Below are positions 1-11,061 of a stretch of DNA of 64,000 nt, one piece after another. Position 1 is the first letter of the stretch. Each line of letters opens with the position of its first letter. The notes beneath the pieces were generated by a model. The model saw nothing but the letters and a program-made list of their open reading frames with translations, was not told the origin of the DNA and made no database searches. This stretch comes from an uncultured Spirochaetia bacterium (GTDB lineage: Bacteria; Spirochaetota; Brachyspiria; Brachyspirales; Brachyspiraceae), in NCBI GenBank assembly GCA_947038115.1, contig CAMQVF010000001.1, forward strand, positions 14,983 to 78,982. The letters are read 5' to 3'. A program made the position numbers and the translations under genes.

Positions 1-96
1 AAAATTGAGGCCGATATGGAAAGAGATTTCTTTATGGGTAGTGAAGAGGCAAAAGAGTACGGTATTATAGATAAAGTTTTTTCTCATAGAGAATAA
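1..96 (+). CDS. clpP: ClpP protease proteolytic subunit, C-terminal fragment (gene begins upstream of the window)
   Basis: Frame 1 reads [31 protein letters not shown] followed by TAA at 94-96, a typical ClpP C-terminus. It lies directly upstream of clpX, as in the conserved clpP-clpX pair. Confidence 0.7.
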   Translation, partial: KIEADMERDFFMGSEEAKEYGIIDKVFSHRE

Positions 97-150
97 TTAG
101 AATTTTAAGTTTACTTTATATCAAACTTAATTTCATTTTAATAGGGTTAA

Positions 151-1404
151 TTGATGTCTAAAAAGAATAATTCTGGAAAGAATGAGGATGTTTGTGCATT
201 ATGTGGAAGGCCTTTAAGCGAACTTAATAAAGTTGTTGAGGGCAATGCTGGGTATCTTTGTGATAAATGCGCTGTTGTCGCTAATGATTATTTTACCGTT
301 CAAAGCGATAAAAAAAATAAGAATAAGATTAAAGAAGTTGAGATAAAAATAGAGATTCCTCAAAAAATAAAATCTACATTAGATAACTATATTATAGGTC
401 AAGACAATGCTAAGAAAATTTTATCAGTGGCAGTTTATAACCACTATAAAAGAATATCTAGATTAGCTAAAGAAGATTCTGAAGATATTGAATTAGAAAA
501 ATCGAATGTTCTTTTAGTTGGCCCAACTGGTAGCGGAAAAACTCTTTTAGCAAAGACGCTGGCTCGTACGTTAAATGTTCCTTTTGCGATTGCTGATGCG
601 ACTACTGTTACTGAGGCTGGTTATGTTGGCGATGATGTTGAAAATATTCTTTTAAGATTGATACAAAATGCCAATGGCGATATCAAACTTGCTGAAAAAG
701 GAATTATTTATATTGATGAAATAGATAAAATTTCACGAAGAAGTGAATCTCGTTCAATTACTCGTGATGTCTCGGGTGAAGGTGTTCAGCAAGCATTGCT
801 TAAAATTATTGAAGGCACTATTGCTTCTGTTCCTCCTCAAGGTGGTAGAAAACATCCACATCAAGAAAATCTTCCAATTGATACTACTAATATTCTTTTT
901 ATTTGTGGCGGTGCTTTTATAGATATAGAAAAATCTATTGCCGATAGAACTCAAAAAAAAGGGCTTGGATTCATTGCTAATGTTTCATCTCTTGACTCAT
1001 TAAATTATGATGAAGTTATGAGACAAGTTACTACAGAAGATTTAGTTAAATTTGGATTAATACCAGAGTTGGTTGGTCGTTTGCCAATTATTGCGACTTT
1101 GGCTGAGCTTGATGAGGCTGCATTACTTCAGATATTAACAGAGCCTAAAAATGCATTGGTTAAGCAATATAAAAAACTTTTTGAATATGATAAAATAAAT
1201 TTGAGTCTTACAGAAGAAGCATTAAAAGAAATTGTAAAACAAGCAATAGCACAAAAAACTGGTGCAAGAGGGCTTAGGTCTTTATTTGAAAAAATTATGC
1301 TTGATGCAATGTATGAGCTTCCTTCAGATGATAGCGTTAAAGACTTTGAGGTTAATTTAGATTATGTTGTTAGTAAACTTAATTTGAAAAATAAATCTGT
1401 ATAA
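151..1404 (+). CDS. clpX: ATP-dependent Clp protease ATP-binding subunit ClpX
   Basis: 417-aa ORF with N-terminal zinc ribbon CALCGR...CDKC, Walker A GPTGSGKT, Walker [10 protein letters not shown] and the IPELVGRLP region. TTG at 151 is followed by ATG at 154, the more likely start. Confidence 0.95.
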   Translation: MMSKKNNSGKNEDVCALCGRPLSELNKVVEGNAGYLCDKCAVVANDYFTVQSDKKNKNKIKEVEIKIEIPQKIKSTLDNYIIGQDNAKKILSVAVYNHYKRISRLAKEDSEDIELEKSNVLLVGPTGSGKTLLAKTLARTLNVPFAIADATTVTEAGYVGDDVENILLRLIQNANGDIKLAEKGIIYIDEIDKISRRSESRSITRDVSGEGVQQALLKIIEGTIASVPPQGGRKHPHQENLPIDTTNILFICGGAFIDIEKSIADRTQKKGLGFIANVSSLDSLNYDEVMRQVTTEDLVKFGLIPELVGRLPIIATLAELDEAALLQILTEPKNALVKQYKKLFEYDKINLSLTEEALKEIVKQAIAQKTGARGLRSLFEKIMLDAMYELPSDDSVKDFEVNLDYVVSKLNLKNKSV

Positions 1405-1431
1405 ATAAAATTATAAGACATTAAAATAAAT

Positions 1432-1474
1432 AAAAATACTTCTATTAGAATAAAATTAATAGGAGTATTTTTTT
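1432..1474 (+). terminator. Intrinsic terminator after clpX
   Basis: 13-bp stem (1432-1444 pairs with 1460-1472, one G:U) with a 15-nt loop, running into a T tract. Confidence 0.55.
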
Positions 1475-1484
1475 ATTAATTTGA

Positions 1485-2624
<1,140 letters not shown>

Positions 2625-2672
2625 TAAAATATAAAAAATAGACTATTTCAATAATTTGGGTATGGATTATAT

Positions 2673-3461
2673 ATGGATAAAGAAATTACTGAAAATACTG
2701 AAACCTCAACTAAATATATAAAACCTATTTTGGAGGAGGCTAGAAAAGCACTTAAGGCTTCTGAATTAAAGAGTGCTATTGATTTTTATGAATATATAAT
2801 ATTATTAGATGATAAAAATATAGAAGCTTTATATACAATAGCCGTTTTATATATGAAGTATGATAATAAAGATGTTGCTATTAGTTGCTTCGATAGAATT
2901 ATATCACAAAATATCGAAAACCCTTTTGTTTACGAATATATGGGGATTATGCATGATGGTGAAAAACGTAAAGAGTATTTCGATAATGCATTAGATTTAT
3001 ATTCTCATTCTAAGCTTAATCAAAAAGATTATCTAAGATTTATAAATATTTCTCTTAAAATGTATAATGAAGAAGATTATAATATTGCCGAGTCTTATGC
3101 TTTGCTTGCATATTCTATAAAGCCATCAATAAAAATATCGAATATATTAGGCTCTATCTATTTCAAATTAAGAGATTATGACAAAGCTCTTTCATACTTT
3201 CATGATGTTTATGCAAAATTGCCAGTAGTAAATATTTTTATTGTTTCTAATATTGCACACTGTTATGAACAAAAAAATAGTTTTAGCATAGCTTTAAGAT
3301 ATATTGAAAAAGCACTTGATATTTATCCAAGAAGTGAAAGATTATATTATGACATGGGTTTAATTCACATTAGTAATAATGATAAACCCAGTGCTATGAA
3401 AGCATTTAAGAATGCTTCTGATATTAACCCCTCTTTTTCATTTGATATGAATTCAATATAA
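2673..3461 (+). CDS. TPR-repeat protein, function unknown
   Basis: 262-aa ORF made of repeated ~34-aa helical units with A/Y/L spacing typical of tetratricopeptide repeats (e.g. ALYTIAVLYMKYDNKDVAISCFDRII, IAHCYEQKNSFSIALRYIEKALDIYP). No signal peptide. Confidence 0.6.
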   Translation: MDKEITENTETSTKYIKPILEEARKALKASELKSAIDFYEYIILLDDKNIEALYTIAVLYMKYDNKDVAISCFDRIISQNIENPFVYEYMGIMHDGEKRKEYFDNALDLYSHSKLNQKDYLRFINISLKMYNEEDYNIAESYALLAYSIKPSIKISNILGSIYFKLRDYDKALSYFHDVYAKLPVVNIFIVSNIAHCYEQKNSFSIALRYIEKALDIYPRSERLYYDMGLIHISNNDKPSAMKAFKNASDINPSFSFDMNSI

Positions 3462-3529
3462 TAATTCCACATATTTTTTCGTCAATATATAGACTGTTTA
3501 CTAGTGTATATATTTTGGTATATTAAATT

Positions 3530-4519
3530 ATGAATAAAAAAATTATATGTTTATTTCTAATAATATTAAGTAATAGCCTATTACTATCTCAAGAATGCAA
3601 TTTGATTATAGAAAAAATTGACGGTATAGCTTATATTGAAAAAAAAGGTGCGACTGATACATTAAGAGCTTTTCGTGGTAGTATAATTGAAGAAGATTCT
3701 ATTATTCGAACAGATTCGACATCGATGATTATAGTATCTATTAATGTAGATAGTAAAATAATAGGAAGGATACTTCTGTCGCCAGCAAGTTCTATCCTGT
3801 TAAATAATATGTATTTTTCATTTGATAATAATAAAATGGTATCTATTTCTTTAATCAGTGGCAGGATTGAGGCATTTGTTCAGTCGAGTGATGAAAATAA
3901 TGTGAGTATACATTCAGCAACTGCAAGTGTTTTTATTGACAAAGCTGCTTTTAGTATGCAATTTATGGAAAGTGTTGTAACATTTGTGGCTCTAAAGCAA
4001 GGCTTGTTATCGATTGAAACAGATTATGACAATAGAGATATTAATCCTTATGATGTGCATATTTCTAGTTATTTTAAACCGTCAGAGGTTAAAAATTATA
4101 AGTATGATAATGATATGAATTATGATTTAGTTTTTTCAATTGAAGAAGATTTAATGAGTGATGATAATATTGCATTTGATAAGTATTTTATTTTTATGAA
4201 AGATTTATCTGACAAGCATGATATGCTCAATAGATACGCAAGTCTATCCGATAATGAAAATGACATAAATAGTTTTATAAGTATCGAAGTTAAGCATCAT
4301 AGAGCAATAGTTGCGAACGAAGCTTTTTTTTATATTATATATAGAACTATGCGAGAGTCTAACAAAAATTCAGACGAGATAGTTGAGTATGCTAAATCGC
4401 TTTTAGTTACGTATGATAGCAATATAAAGTTAATAGATAAAACAAGTAATTATTTGAAGCTTTCACGTACTAAAATAAAAGAACCTATTTTTGTAGATGA
4501 TGTCATAATATCTGATTAA
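3530..4519 (+). CDS. Secreted protein with FecR-like N-terminal domain, function unknown
   Basis: 329-aa ORF with signal peptide MNKKIICLFLIILSNSLLLS. The beta-rich N-terminal half (GIAYIEKKG...GSIIEEDSIIRTDSTSMIIVS...GRIEAFV) reads like a FecR-type sandwich. The C-terminal half is helical. Confidence 0.4.
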   Translation: MNKKIICLFLIILSNSLLLSQECNLIIEKIDGIAYIEKKGATDTLRAFRGSIIEEDSIIRTDSTSMIIVSINVDSKIIGRILLSPASSILLNNMYFSFDNNKMVSISLISGRIEAFVQSSDENNVSIHSATASVFIDKAAFSMQFMESVVTFVALKQGLLSIETDYDNRDINPYDVHISSYFKPSEVKNYKYDNDMNYDLVFSIEEDLMSDDNIAFDKYFIFMKDLSDKHDMLNRYASLSDNENDINSFISIEVKHHRAIVANEAFFYIIYRTMRESNKNSDEIVEYAKSLLVTYDSNIKLIDKTSNYLKLSRTKIKEPIFVDDVIISD

Positions 4520-4531
4520 AATGGGTGATGA

Positions 4532-5494
4532 ATGAATATAAAAATAATTTTTTTAGCTTTTATTTTACTTCTAGCAAATTTGCATGCAAATGAAAATAGA
4601 GCAAATGAAGCATATAAAAAAATACAAAAAGAAGATGATTATAAAATATCAATTTCTGAACTTGACAAAATATACGACAAATATCCTAATTACAGCAAGC
4701 ATGATGAGCTATCTTTAAAGCTTTCATATCTTTATATTTTAGATGAAGATTATAAAAATGCTATAAAAATTCTTGAAAAAATGTATAAAGATAAAAAATC
4801 TGAGTTTAATAAAGAGGCTAGTTTGCTTCTTGGAAGTGTTTATATATCGACTAATAATGAAAAAAAAGCCCTTGAAGCATACACACAAATGCTTAAAACT
4901 TTAGATAAAAATGACAAGTTCTACCCATATGTGATTTTTGGAATTGCCAATACTTATTTTGAAATGAACTCATATTATGAAGCACGTGGTAATTATGAAA
5001 GGCTTATCAAGGGATATAAAAATTTTGAAGACATCTCATTTGCAATGTACAGACTTGCTATTTGTTATGAAAATACTGAAGATGTGCCTAAAGCTATAAA
5101 TACATTTAATAATATATTGAGAGATTATCCAGATTCTTATTCAAGAGAAATAGCACAAAAAAAAATTAGCACTATTAAGTTTGTTGAAAATACGCCTAAA
5201 AAAACTAATGATAAAAAAGTAATGGCTGAAAAAAAATCTGACAAAATTACAATACATCCTGCGAGTAGTAATAATATATATCAAATGGGTAGATTTAAAG
5301 ATACAACAAGGGCAAACAGTTTGAAAAAAATAATTCAAGATATCGGATATAACTCATATATAAAAGAGGACTTAAAAGATGGCAACACATCTTATGTCGT
5401 TAGAGTCGATTTGCCTGATGATAATAGAAATATAGAAGAAATTCGTAAAAGACTTTCAGCAGAAAATATTCCATTTTTTAAAGTAAGCAAATAA
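4532..5494 (+). CDS. Secreted TPR protein with C-terminal SPOR-like domain
   Basis: 320-aa ORF with a signal peptide and TPR-like repeats (YKNAIKILEKMY, YYEARGNYERLI, VPKAINTFNNILRDYP). The C-terminal ~75 aa (IYQMGRFKDTTRANSLKKIIQDIGYNSYIKED...YVVRVDL) resembles a SPOR peptidoglycan-binding domain. Confidence 0.55.
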   Translation: MNIKIIFLAFILLLANLHANENRANEAYKKIQKEDDYKISISELDKIYDKYPNYSKHDELSLKLSYLYILDEDYKNAIKILEKMYKDKKSEFNKEASLLLGSVYISTNNEKKALEAYTQMLKTLDKNDKFYPYVIFGIANTYFEMNSYYEARGNYERLIKGYKNFEDISFAMYRLAICYENTEDVPKAINTFNNILRDYPDSYSREIAQKKISTIKFVENTPKKTNDKKVMAEKKSDKITIHPASSNNIYQMGRFKDTTRANSLKKIIQDIGYNSYIKEDLKDGNTSYVVRVDLPDDNRNIEEIRKRLSAENIPFFKVSK

Positions 5495-5547
5495 AGTTAT
5501 ATAATGAGTAATAAAATATTCAATAAAAATCGGCTATCTAAAAATAA

Positions 5548-6573
5548 TTAATTATTTTTTATAACAAGCTGTCCACAACCAGCCGATATTGAACGTCCTT
5601 TTTTATAACGCTCCACAACTTCAACACCGTTATCATGTAGAATAGATTTGAAACGTACCATTTTATCTTTACTCGGACATTTCCCTTTATAGTGCGGGAC
5701 AGGGTTTAGTGGAATTATATTTACTTTGAATGGGAATTCTTTTTTTAAGTTTACAATTCGATAAGCATCATTTACCGAATCATTAACACCTTCGATTAAA
5801 GTCCATTCAAGAGTTATCATTCTTTTGCCACGTTCGCTATAACGCTTAAGCATTCTGATTAAATCGTCAAGGGCATATCTTCTGCTTATTGGCATAATCT
5901 CATTTCGAACTTCATCTTTAAGAGAATGTAGCGAAACAGAAAGTCGACAATCAAGGTCTCTTTCAATTAAATGTTTTATACCAACAACTTCACCCGCGGT
6001 TGATATTGTTATATGTCTGATACCTAGATTAAATCCCCTAGATGAATTTATTATATCTATAGCTTTAAATAGATTGTTCGTATTAGCCAAAGGTTCACCC
6101 ATGCCCATAAAAACAACGCTTGTAACTCTTTTAGTTATAGAACGCATTAAAGCGAATTGTGCTAAAATTTCCTCTGTAGTTAAATCACGAGTGAAGCCCA
6201 TAGTTCCAGTTGCACAAAATGAACATCTGAACGCACATCCAACCTGTGAAGAAAGACAGAATGAAACTTTATCATCTTTCGACATTATTACCGATTCTAT
6301 TTTTTTATTGTCATGTAATGATATTAAAAGTTTTTGTGTATCATATGCATCTACGTCAATTTTTTCTATTTTGCAACTGTGAATATAATATTTTTCATCC
6401 AATAATATTCTTAATTCTTTTGGCACATTCGACATGTCGTCAAAAGTAACAGCATATTTTTTGAATATCCATTCTACTATTTGGGTTGCGTGAAATTTAG
6501 GATACGAAACACTCTCGCAGAAGTTTGCTATTTCGTCTTTATGTGAAGTTAATATTGATATTTTTTTATTCAT
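5548..6573 (-). CDS. rlmN: 23S rRNA/tRNA adenine-C2 methyltransferase RlmN (radical SAM)
   Basis: 341-aa ORF with radical-SAM CAFRCSFCATG (Cx3Cx2C), GMGEPL and C-terminal ISAGCGQL. Confidence 0.9.
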   Translation of the reverse strand: MNKKISILTSHKDEIANFCESVSYPKFHATQIVEWIFKKYAVTFDDMSNVPKELRILLDEKYYIHSCKIEKIDVDAYDTQKLLISLHDNKKIESVIMSKDDKVSFCLSSQVGCAFRCSFCATGTMGFTRDLTTEEILAQFALMRSITKRVTSVVFMGMGEPLANTNNLFKAIDIINSSRGFNLGIRHITISTAGEVVGIKHLIERDLDCRLSVSLHSLKDEVRNEIMPISRRYALDDLIRMLKRYSERGKRMITLEWTLIEGVNDSVNDAYRIVNLKKEFPFKVNIIPLNPVPHYKGKCPSKDKMVRFKSILHDNGVEVVERYKKGRSISAGCGQLVIKNN

Positions 6574-6575
6574 GT

Positions 6576-6806
6576 TTATTTTTCTGAGTTAGATGGACAA
6601 GAAGCACATTCTGATGATTTTGTTTTATTTTTATAATCGTTGACATAGAATCCCGAACCTTTAAATATGATGCCACCGCCAAGAGAAAATACTCTTTTAG
6701 ATTGCTCGCCACATTCAGGGCAAGAAGCAACTGGATCTGACTTCATCGATTGAACTTCTTCAAAATCTATATTACATTTACTGCATTTATATTCATAAGT
6801 AGGCAT
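6576..6806 (-). CDS. FmdB-family zinc-ribbon protein
   Basis: 76-aa ORF starting MPTYEYKCSKC...SCPECG, the canonical FmdB/CxxC-CxxC zinc ribbon. It ends 2 nt before the rlmN start. Confidence 0.8.
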   Translation of the reverse strand: MPTYEYKCSKCNIDFEEVQSMKSDPVASCPECGEQSKRVFSLGGGIIFKGSGFYVNDYKNKTKSSECASCPSNSEK

Positions 6807-6898
6807 ATAAAACTCCTATAATGCTAATTTTTATTGACTTTTAATTCTATATAAAAACTACTACTTTGTCAATAGTTTATTCTAATATTAGTACTTAT

Positions 6899-7903
6899 TT
6901 AAAAGTGATTGAACCCTGCATAATTATGATCTATTAAAGAATTATTATCGTCGATGAGCAATACTTGAGGTTTTTCATTTTTTTTAATGCTCTCAATGAA
7001 ACCTATTTTTATTAGATTTTTTTCTTCTTTTATATTATCTGGGCTTGTGAAAAGTATTGAATAATCTTCTCCACCTGCGAGTATATTTTTCAATAAAAAT
7101 TCTTTGTCGATATTTTTGTTAAATTCACAATTTACATTATTCCATTTAGAGTTTTTATATATTTTGATTAGTACGTTCGATTTTTTTGCGATATGAGAGG
7201 CATCTTGTAGCAAACCATCACTTATATCTATAGATGAATTTACAGTATAATTTTTTATTATTTCCTGCCATTTGTCAAAAAATAGTTGAGGTGTTAAATG
7301 CTTTTTTATACACTCTTCTTTTTTTATAATGTTTTGTATTTCTGGTTTATTATTACCCATCTTTTTACCTTGAAGTATATCAAGGCCTATGCTACTTTCA
7401 CCCAAACGACCAAGAACATAAATATTATCTTTATCTTTAGCGCCACTGCGTAGAATCGATTTGTTTTTCTCTATTTTACCCAATGCTGTAACTGATATAA
7501 AAAAATATTTTTTCGACTTTGTTGTGTCTCCACCCATAATTGATGCGTCAAATTTTGAGCATGCCTTGTTAAAGCCTTTATAAAATTGGATAATATCTTC
7601 GTATTTTATGTAGCAAGGAATAGAAAGCCCTATAAACATAGATGAAAGTTTAGCACCTTTGCTGATTATATCACTGATATTAACTATCGCCGATTTATAG
7701 CCTATGTCATAAAAAGAATAATAGTCTAAATCAAAATGAACATTTTCAGCTAAAATATCTTTCGTAATTAAAATATCATATTTTTCGCTTAAAGTTTTTA
7801 TAATAGCACAGTCATCGCCTATGCCAATGTCTGTAAAGTTTTTATTGTTTTTTGTGACTAATTTTTCGATTTCTTTTATTAATGTAAATTCATCTTTTTC
7901 CAT
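6899..7903 (-). CDS. thiL: Thiamine-monophosphate kinase
   Basis: 334-aa ORF of the AIR-synthase-related fold with EFTLIKEI, IGIGDDCAI, MGGDTT and AGGEDY motifs. Confidence 0.8.
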   Translation of the reverse strand: MEKDEFTLIKEIEKLVTKNNKNFTDIGIGDDCAIIKTLSEKYDILITKDILAENVHFDLDYYSFYDIGYKSAIVNISDIISKGAKLSSMFIGLSIPCYIKYEDIIQFYKGFNKACSKFDASIMGGDTTKSKKYFFISVTALGKIEKNKSILRSGAKDKDNIYVLGRLGESSIGLDILQGKKMGNNKPEIQNIIKKEECIKKHLTPQLFFDKWQEIIKNYTVNSSIDISDGLLQDASHIAKKSNVLIKIYKNSKWNNVNCEFNKNIDKEFLLKNILAGGEDYSILFTSPDNIKEEKNLIKIGFIESIKKNEKPQVLLIDDNNSLIDHNYAGFNHF

Positions 7904-8051
7904 AATAGTGTTAATATATAGTAGAATTATTTTTTCTTCAATAATTTATAATTATATTAAGTCATATTATTTTTGTTTTTTAAAGTTCTTGAAATATAAA
8001 TAACATTGTATATACTTGATATAGTATGTATTTTTTATTGTAGGAGTTATT

Positions 8052-8501
8052 ATGAAAAGATATATTATTTCAATGTTAGTATGTTCTATGATTTTAGTTT
8101 CTTGCGGAACTGGTGTTAGTAAAAGTAGCCCAGAAGGTTGGATTGATAATGATACATTCCGTGTCATGGGTATGGGCAAAGCACCTGAAGACATGACAGA
8201 TAAATTTCAAAGAGAAGTTACTTCAAGAAAAGCAGCCGAATTGGATGCTAAAAATAGAATTGTTTCAAAAATTGTTGGTTCTTATATAGATTCTAGAAGC
8301 TCTACAGACATGGGCGTTATAAATGAAGCGGTTATAGAAGAAGTTGTTTCAGGCCGCATTCGTGGTGTTAGCATTGTACAAAGTAAGTGGGACTCGAATC
8401 AAAACAGTACAGTGGTTTTAGAGCTTAAATCTAAAAATTTGAAAAGTGAATTGGATAAACTTATAGAAAATTATTTAGATGAAGTTGATGGTAAAAAATA
8501 A
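8052..8501 (+). CDS. LPP20-like lipoprotein
   Basis: 149-aa ORF with lipobox MILVSCG. The mature part (REVTSRKAAELDAKNRIVSKIVGSYIDS...VSGRIRGVSIV) has the LPP20-family pattern. RBS GGAG lies 8 nt upstream. Confidence 0.6.
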   Translation: MKRYIISMLVCSMILVSCGTGVSKSSPEGWIDNDTFRVMGMGKAPEDMTDKFQREVTSRKAAELDAKNRIVSKIVGSYIDSRSSTDMGVINEAVIEEVVSGRIRGVSIVQSKWDSNQNSTVVLELKSKNLKSELDKLIENYLDEVDGKK

Positions 8502-8514
8502 GTAAGGAAATTTT

Positions 8515-9291
8515 ATGGCTAAAGTAAATATAAAAGGCAGAGTAGCTTTTATTACAGGAGCTAGTTCTGGTATTGGTGAGGCTACTGCTCGAGTTCTTGC
8601 TTCGAATGGTGTCAATTTGATACTTGCAGGTAGACGAGTGGAAAGACTAAATAAACTTAGCCTTGAACTTAAAAACTCTTATTCTATCGATGCTTTTGTT
8701 CTTGAAGTTGATTTAAGTGAAGATAAAAATATTTATGATGCTTTTGATATTGTTTCAAAAAAGTATGATAAAATAGATATTCTTATAAATAATGCTGGCT
8801 TGGCACTTAACAGAGATATGTATTACAATTCATTACCAGAAGATACTTTAAGAATGGTTAGAGTGAATTGCGAGTCTTTAGTTTTATTGACTAGGCTTGT
8901 ACTTCCTTTAATTCTTAAAAGTGATGATGGGTTTGTTATTAATGTTTCATCAGTGGCTTCAGATACGCCATATGCAGGTGGAGCTATTTATTGTGCGACT
9001 AAATCATTTGTAGAAATGTTTAGCGATGCTTTAAGAATGGATTTAATGGATAAGCCTGTAAAGGTATGTAATATTAAGCCCGGTTTGGTTGATACAGAGT
9101 TTTCTACTGTTAGATTTAAAGGCGATAAAAACAAGGCTGATGAGGTATACAAAGGAATTCATCCTCTTTATGCCGAAGATATAGCCGATAATATTGAGTA
9201 TGTTATCACAAGACCTAGACATGTGCAAGTAGCTAGTATTACTACAATGGCATTAAATCAAGGGAATGCAGTTACTGTACATAGAGAGTAG
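8515..9291 (+). CDS. NADP-dependent short-chain dehydrogenase/reductase (YdfG/serine 3-dehydrogenase-like)
   Basis: 258-aa ORF with TGASSGIGEA cofactor motif, NNAG and catalytic YCATK. Confidence 0.9.
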   Translation: MAKVNIKGRVAFITGASSGIGEATARVLASNGVNLILAGRRVERLNKLSLELKNSYSIDAFVLEVDLSEDKNIYDAFDIVSKKYDKIDILINNAGLALNRDMYYNSLPEDTLRMVRVNCESLVLLTRLVLPLILKSDDGFVINVSSVASDTPYAGGAIYCATKSFVEMFSDALRMDLMDKPVKVCNIKPGLVDTEFSTVRFKGDKNKADEVYKGIHPLYAEDIADNIEYVITRPRHVQVASITTMALNQGNAVTVHRE

Positions 9292-9310
9292 AGTTTGAAA
9301 GGTATATTTT

Positions 9311-11044
9311 ATGAGCAAAATTGATAAAACAAAACAGAATCTTCAAGTAGATTCATTGAGCAAAAATGATAGGGCTAAGCTTTATGATAAATTTGTAGAG
9401 CATGGTGGCAAAGTTGGAAGTGAAAGTAGGGATAATCAATCTAGTAAAAACACTTCTACTGCTAAACCTAATAAAAAGTCAAGAGGCATTGATGTCATTG
9501 AAACAGAAGAAGAAAAAAGAATAAATTTAAGGCGAATGAGAGTTCAAAATAATGGTGTAACTACTGCTGACGTAGAAGCTCCAGCATTAGACTTTTTTTC
9601 TAGATTATCATTATGGTATCCTGCATTAGCAACTGGAGTTATCAATTTTTCTGGAACAGCAATAAGTTATAAATTTTTACATCATTTAGATAAAGTTATT
9701 GTACCTGCATTATTAGAAATGGATTCTATTGTATATAATTTACTTAATCCTTATTCTGACTCAGAAGAAGAGGCTATAGTGAAGCGTAATCGAATAATGG
9801 GATCATTTGCTAATTTAGATGATTTAGAATTGTTAGAGCGGGCTTTAAATTTATATGATGAAGTTTTATATAATAAATTTTTAGAACATCATCGTTCTAA
9901 TCCTAATTATATTTATCTTACTAAAAAATGGGAAAAAATATTAAAAGATATTTTTAAACCATTATATATATTATATCCACATATTAGTAGGCTTAAAGAT
10001 ATATCTGAAAAGTCTATCTTGTCTTACTGTCATATTATGGGTATAAATAAAACTGTAACAAATGTTAGAATTTCTTCATTTAACAGGTCAATAGATATTA
10101 TTTACTCAAAATACTATCCAAAACTTTTGGTTCTTATGCAGTTTATTTCTAGTAGAAATTTTAATAACATAAGCTCTTTGTCATTTTATTTAAATCTAAC
10201 AGATGCGGATAATTTTGGCTCCTATACTATAGAAAGAGAAAGAAATAAATTAAAAAATAATTCTTCTCAAAAGAAAGATTCTGATTATTCTTTGGAAGAG
10301 CAAGATGTTGTAAAAGAAAAAACTGAAGAAGAAATTAGAAGTTTAAAAATAAACTCTATTGGGGTTAAACTTATAGAGCATCTTATAAATACCAATAGGG
10401 ATAAATTAGATGATGCTTTAAATATATCGAGTTATAATATTGATAGTAATGATAAAATATATATAATGACTATGATTATTGATTTACTAGATAGAGAGTA
10501 TTTAGATTTATTTATTTCTAATCGTGTTAAATATAATGTTTTATATGATAATAGAGTGAAAACTGATTATCAAACTAGGTTTTCTGATATTTTATTAAAT
10601 GTAACTGATATGAATATTAAGTTTAAAGAATATGCGACTTTAGTTAATGAAATAAATATTATAGAAAATAATAGTGAATTAAAGTTTGAACATAGAGCAA
10701 TGTTGCTTACAGATAAAAATGCACAGCGTGATTATTTATTTAAAAATTTGAGAAATATTATTTTTAATATGGTAAAGCCTCTTAAGTCTAATCTTGACGC
10801 ATTATTTTTAGATAAAGAAGAGCGTGAAAGAATTATCGATAACCCTGATGATATTTTGAAATTTGAAAATACTTTAGGCGATTATAAAAAACGTGTCAAT
10901 GGATACACAGTCTTAAAAGCGTTAACAGAAGCATTTTATTTCGTATCTGGGTTTTATTACTTAATAGATGATGGCTATCTATTTGGTTATGAAAAATTAG
11001 TTAAGGGCGCTACTGGCATTAACAAAACTAAAGATAATTCTTAA
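9311..11044 (+). CDS. Orphan 577-aa protein, function unknown
   Basis: Long uninterrupted ORF 19 nt after the SDR gene. It has a basic, disordered N-terminal ~90 aa followed by a helical body. I recognise no catalytic or nucleotide-binding motif. Confidence 0.6.
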   Translation: MSKIDKTKQNLQVDSLSKNDRAKLYDKFVEHGGKVGSESRDNQSSKNTSTAKPNKKSRGIDVIETEEEKRINLRRMRVQNNGVTTADVEAPALDFFSRLSLWYPALATGVINFSGTAISYKFLHHLDKVIVPALLEMDSIVYNLLNPYSDSEEEAIVKRNRIMGSFANLDDLELLERALNLYDEVLYNKFLEHHRSNPNYIYLTKKWEKILKDIFKPLYILYPHISRLKDISEKSILSYCHIMGINKTVTNVRISSFNRSIDIIYSKYYPKLLVLMQFISSRNFNNISSLSFYLNLTDADNFGSYTIERERNKLKNNSSQKKDSDYSLEEQDVVKEKTEEEIRSLKINSIGVKLIEHLINTNRDKLDDALNISSYNIDSNDKIYIMTMIIDLLDREYLDLFISNRVKYNVLYDNRVKTDYQTRFSDILLNVTDMNIKFKEYATLVNEINIIENNSELKFEHRAMLLTDKNAQRDYLFKNLRNIIFNMVKPLKSNLDALFLDKEERERIIDNPDDILKFENTLGDYKKRVNGYTVLKALTEAFYFVSGFYYLIDDGYLFGYEKLVKGATGINKTKDNS

Positions 11045-11061
11045 TATAAATATATTTTAGT

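Noticed and set aside
754-954. 66-aa ORF antisense within clpX
   Set aside because: It lies entirely inside a strongly supported gene on the other strand. Its sequence is low-complexity and has no RBS. It is typical of the chance antisense ORFs seen in AT-rich DNA.
6074-6449. Two plus-strand ORFs (102 and 67 aa) inside rlmN
   Set aside because: They are antisense to a full-length radical-SAM gene with all motifs intact. There are no independent signals.
7967-8194. 75-aa minus-strand ORF spanning the thiL / lipoprotein intergenic region
   Set aside because: It overlaps the promoter, RBS and signal-peptide region of the LPP20-like gene. Its composition is that of non-coding AT-rich sequence.
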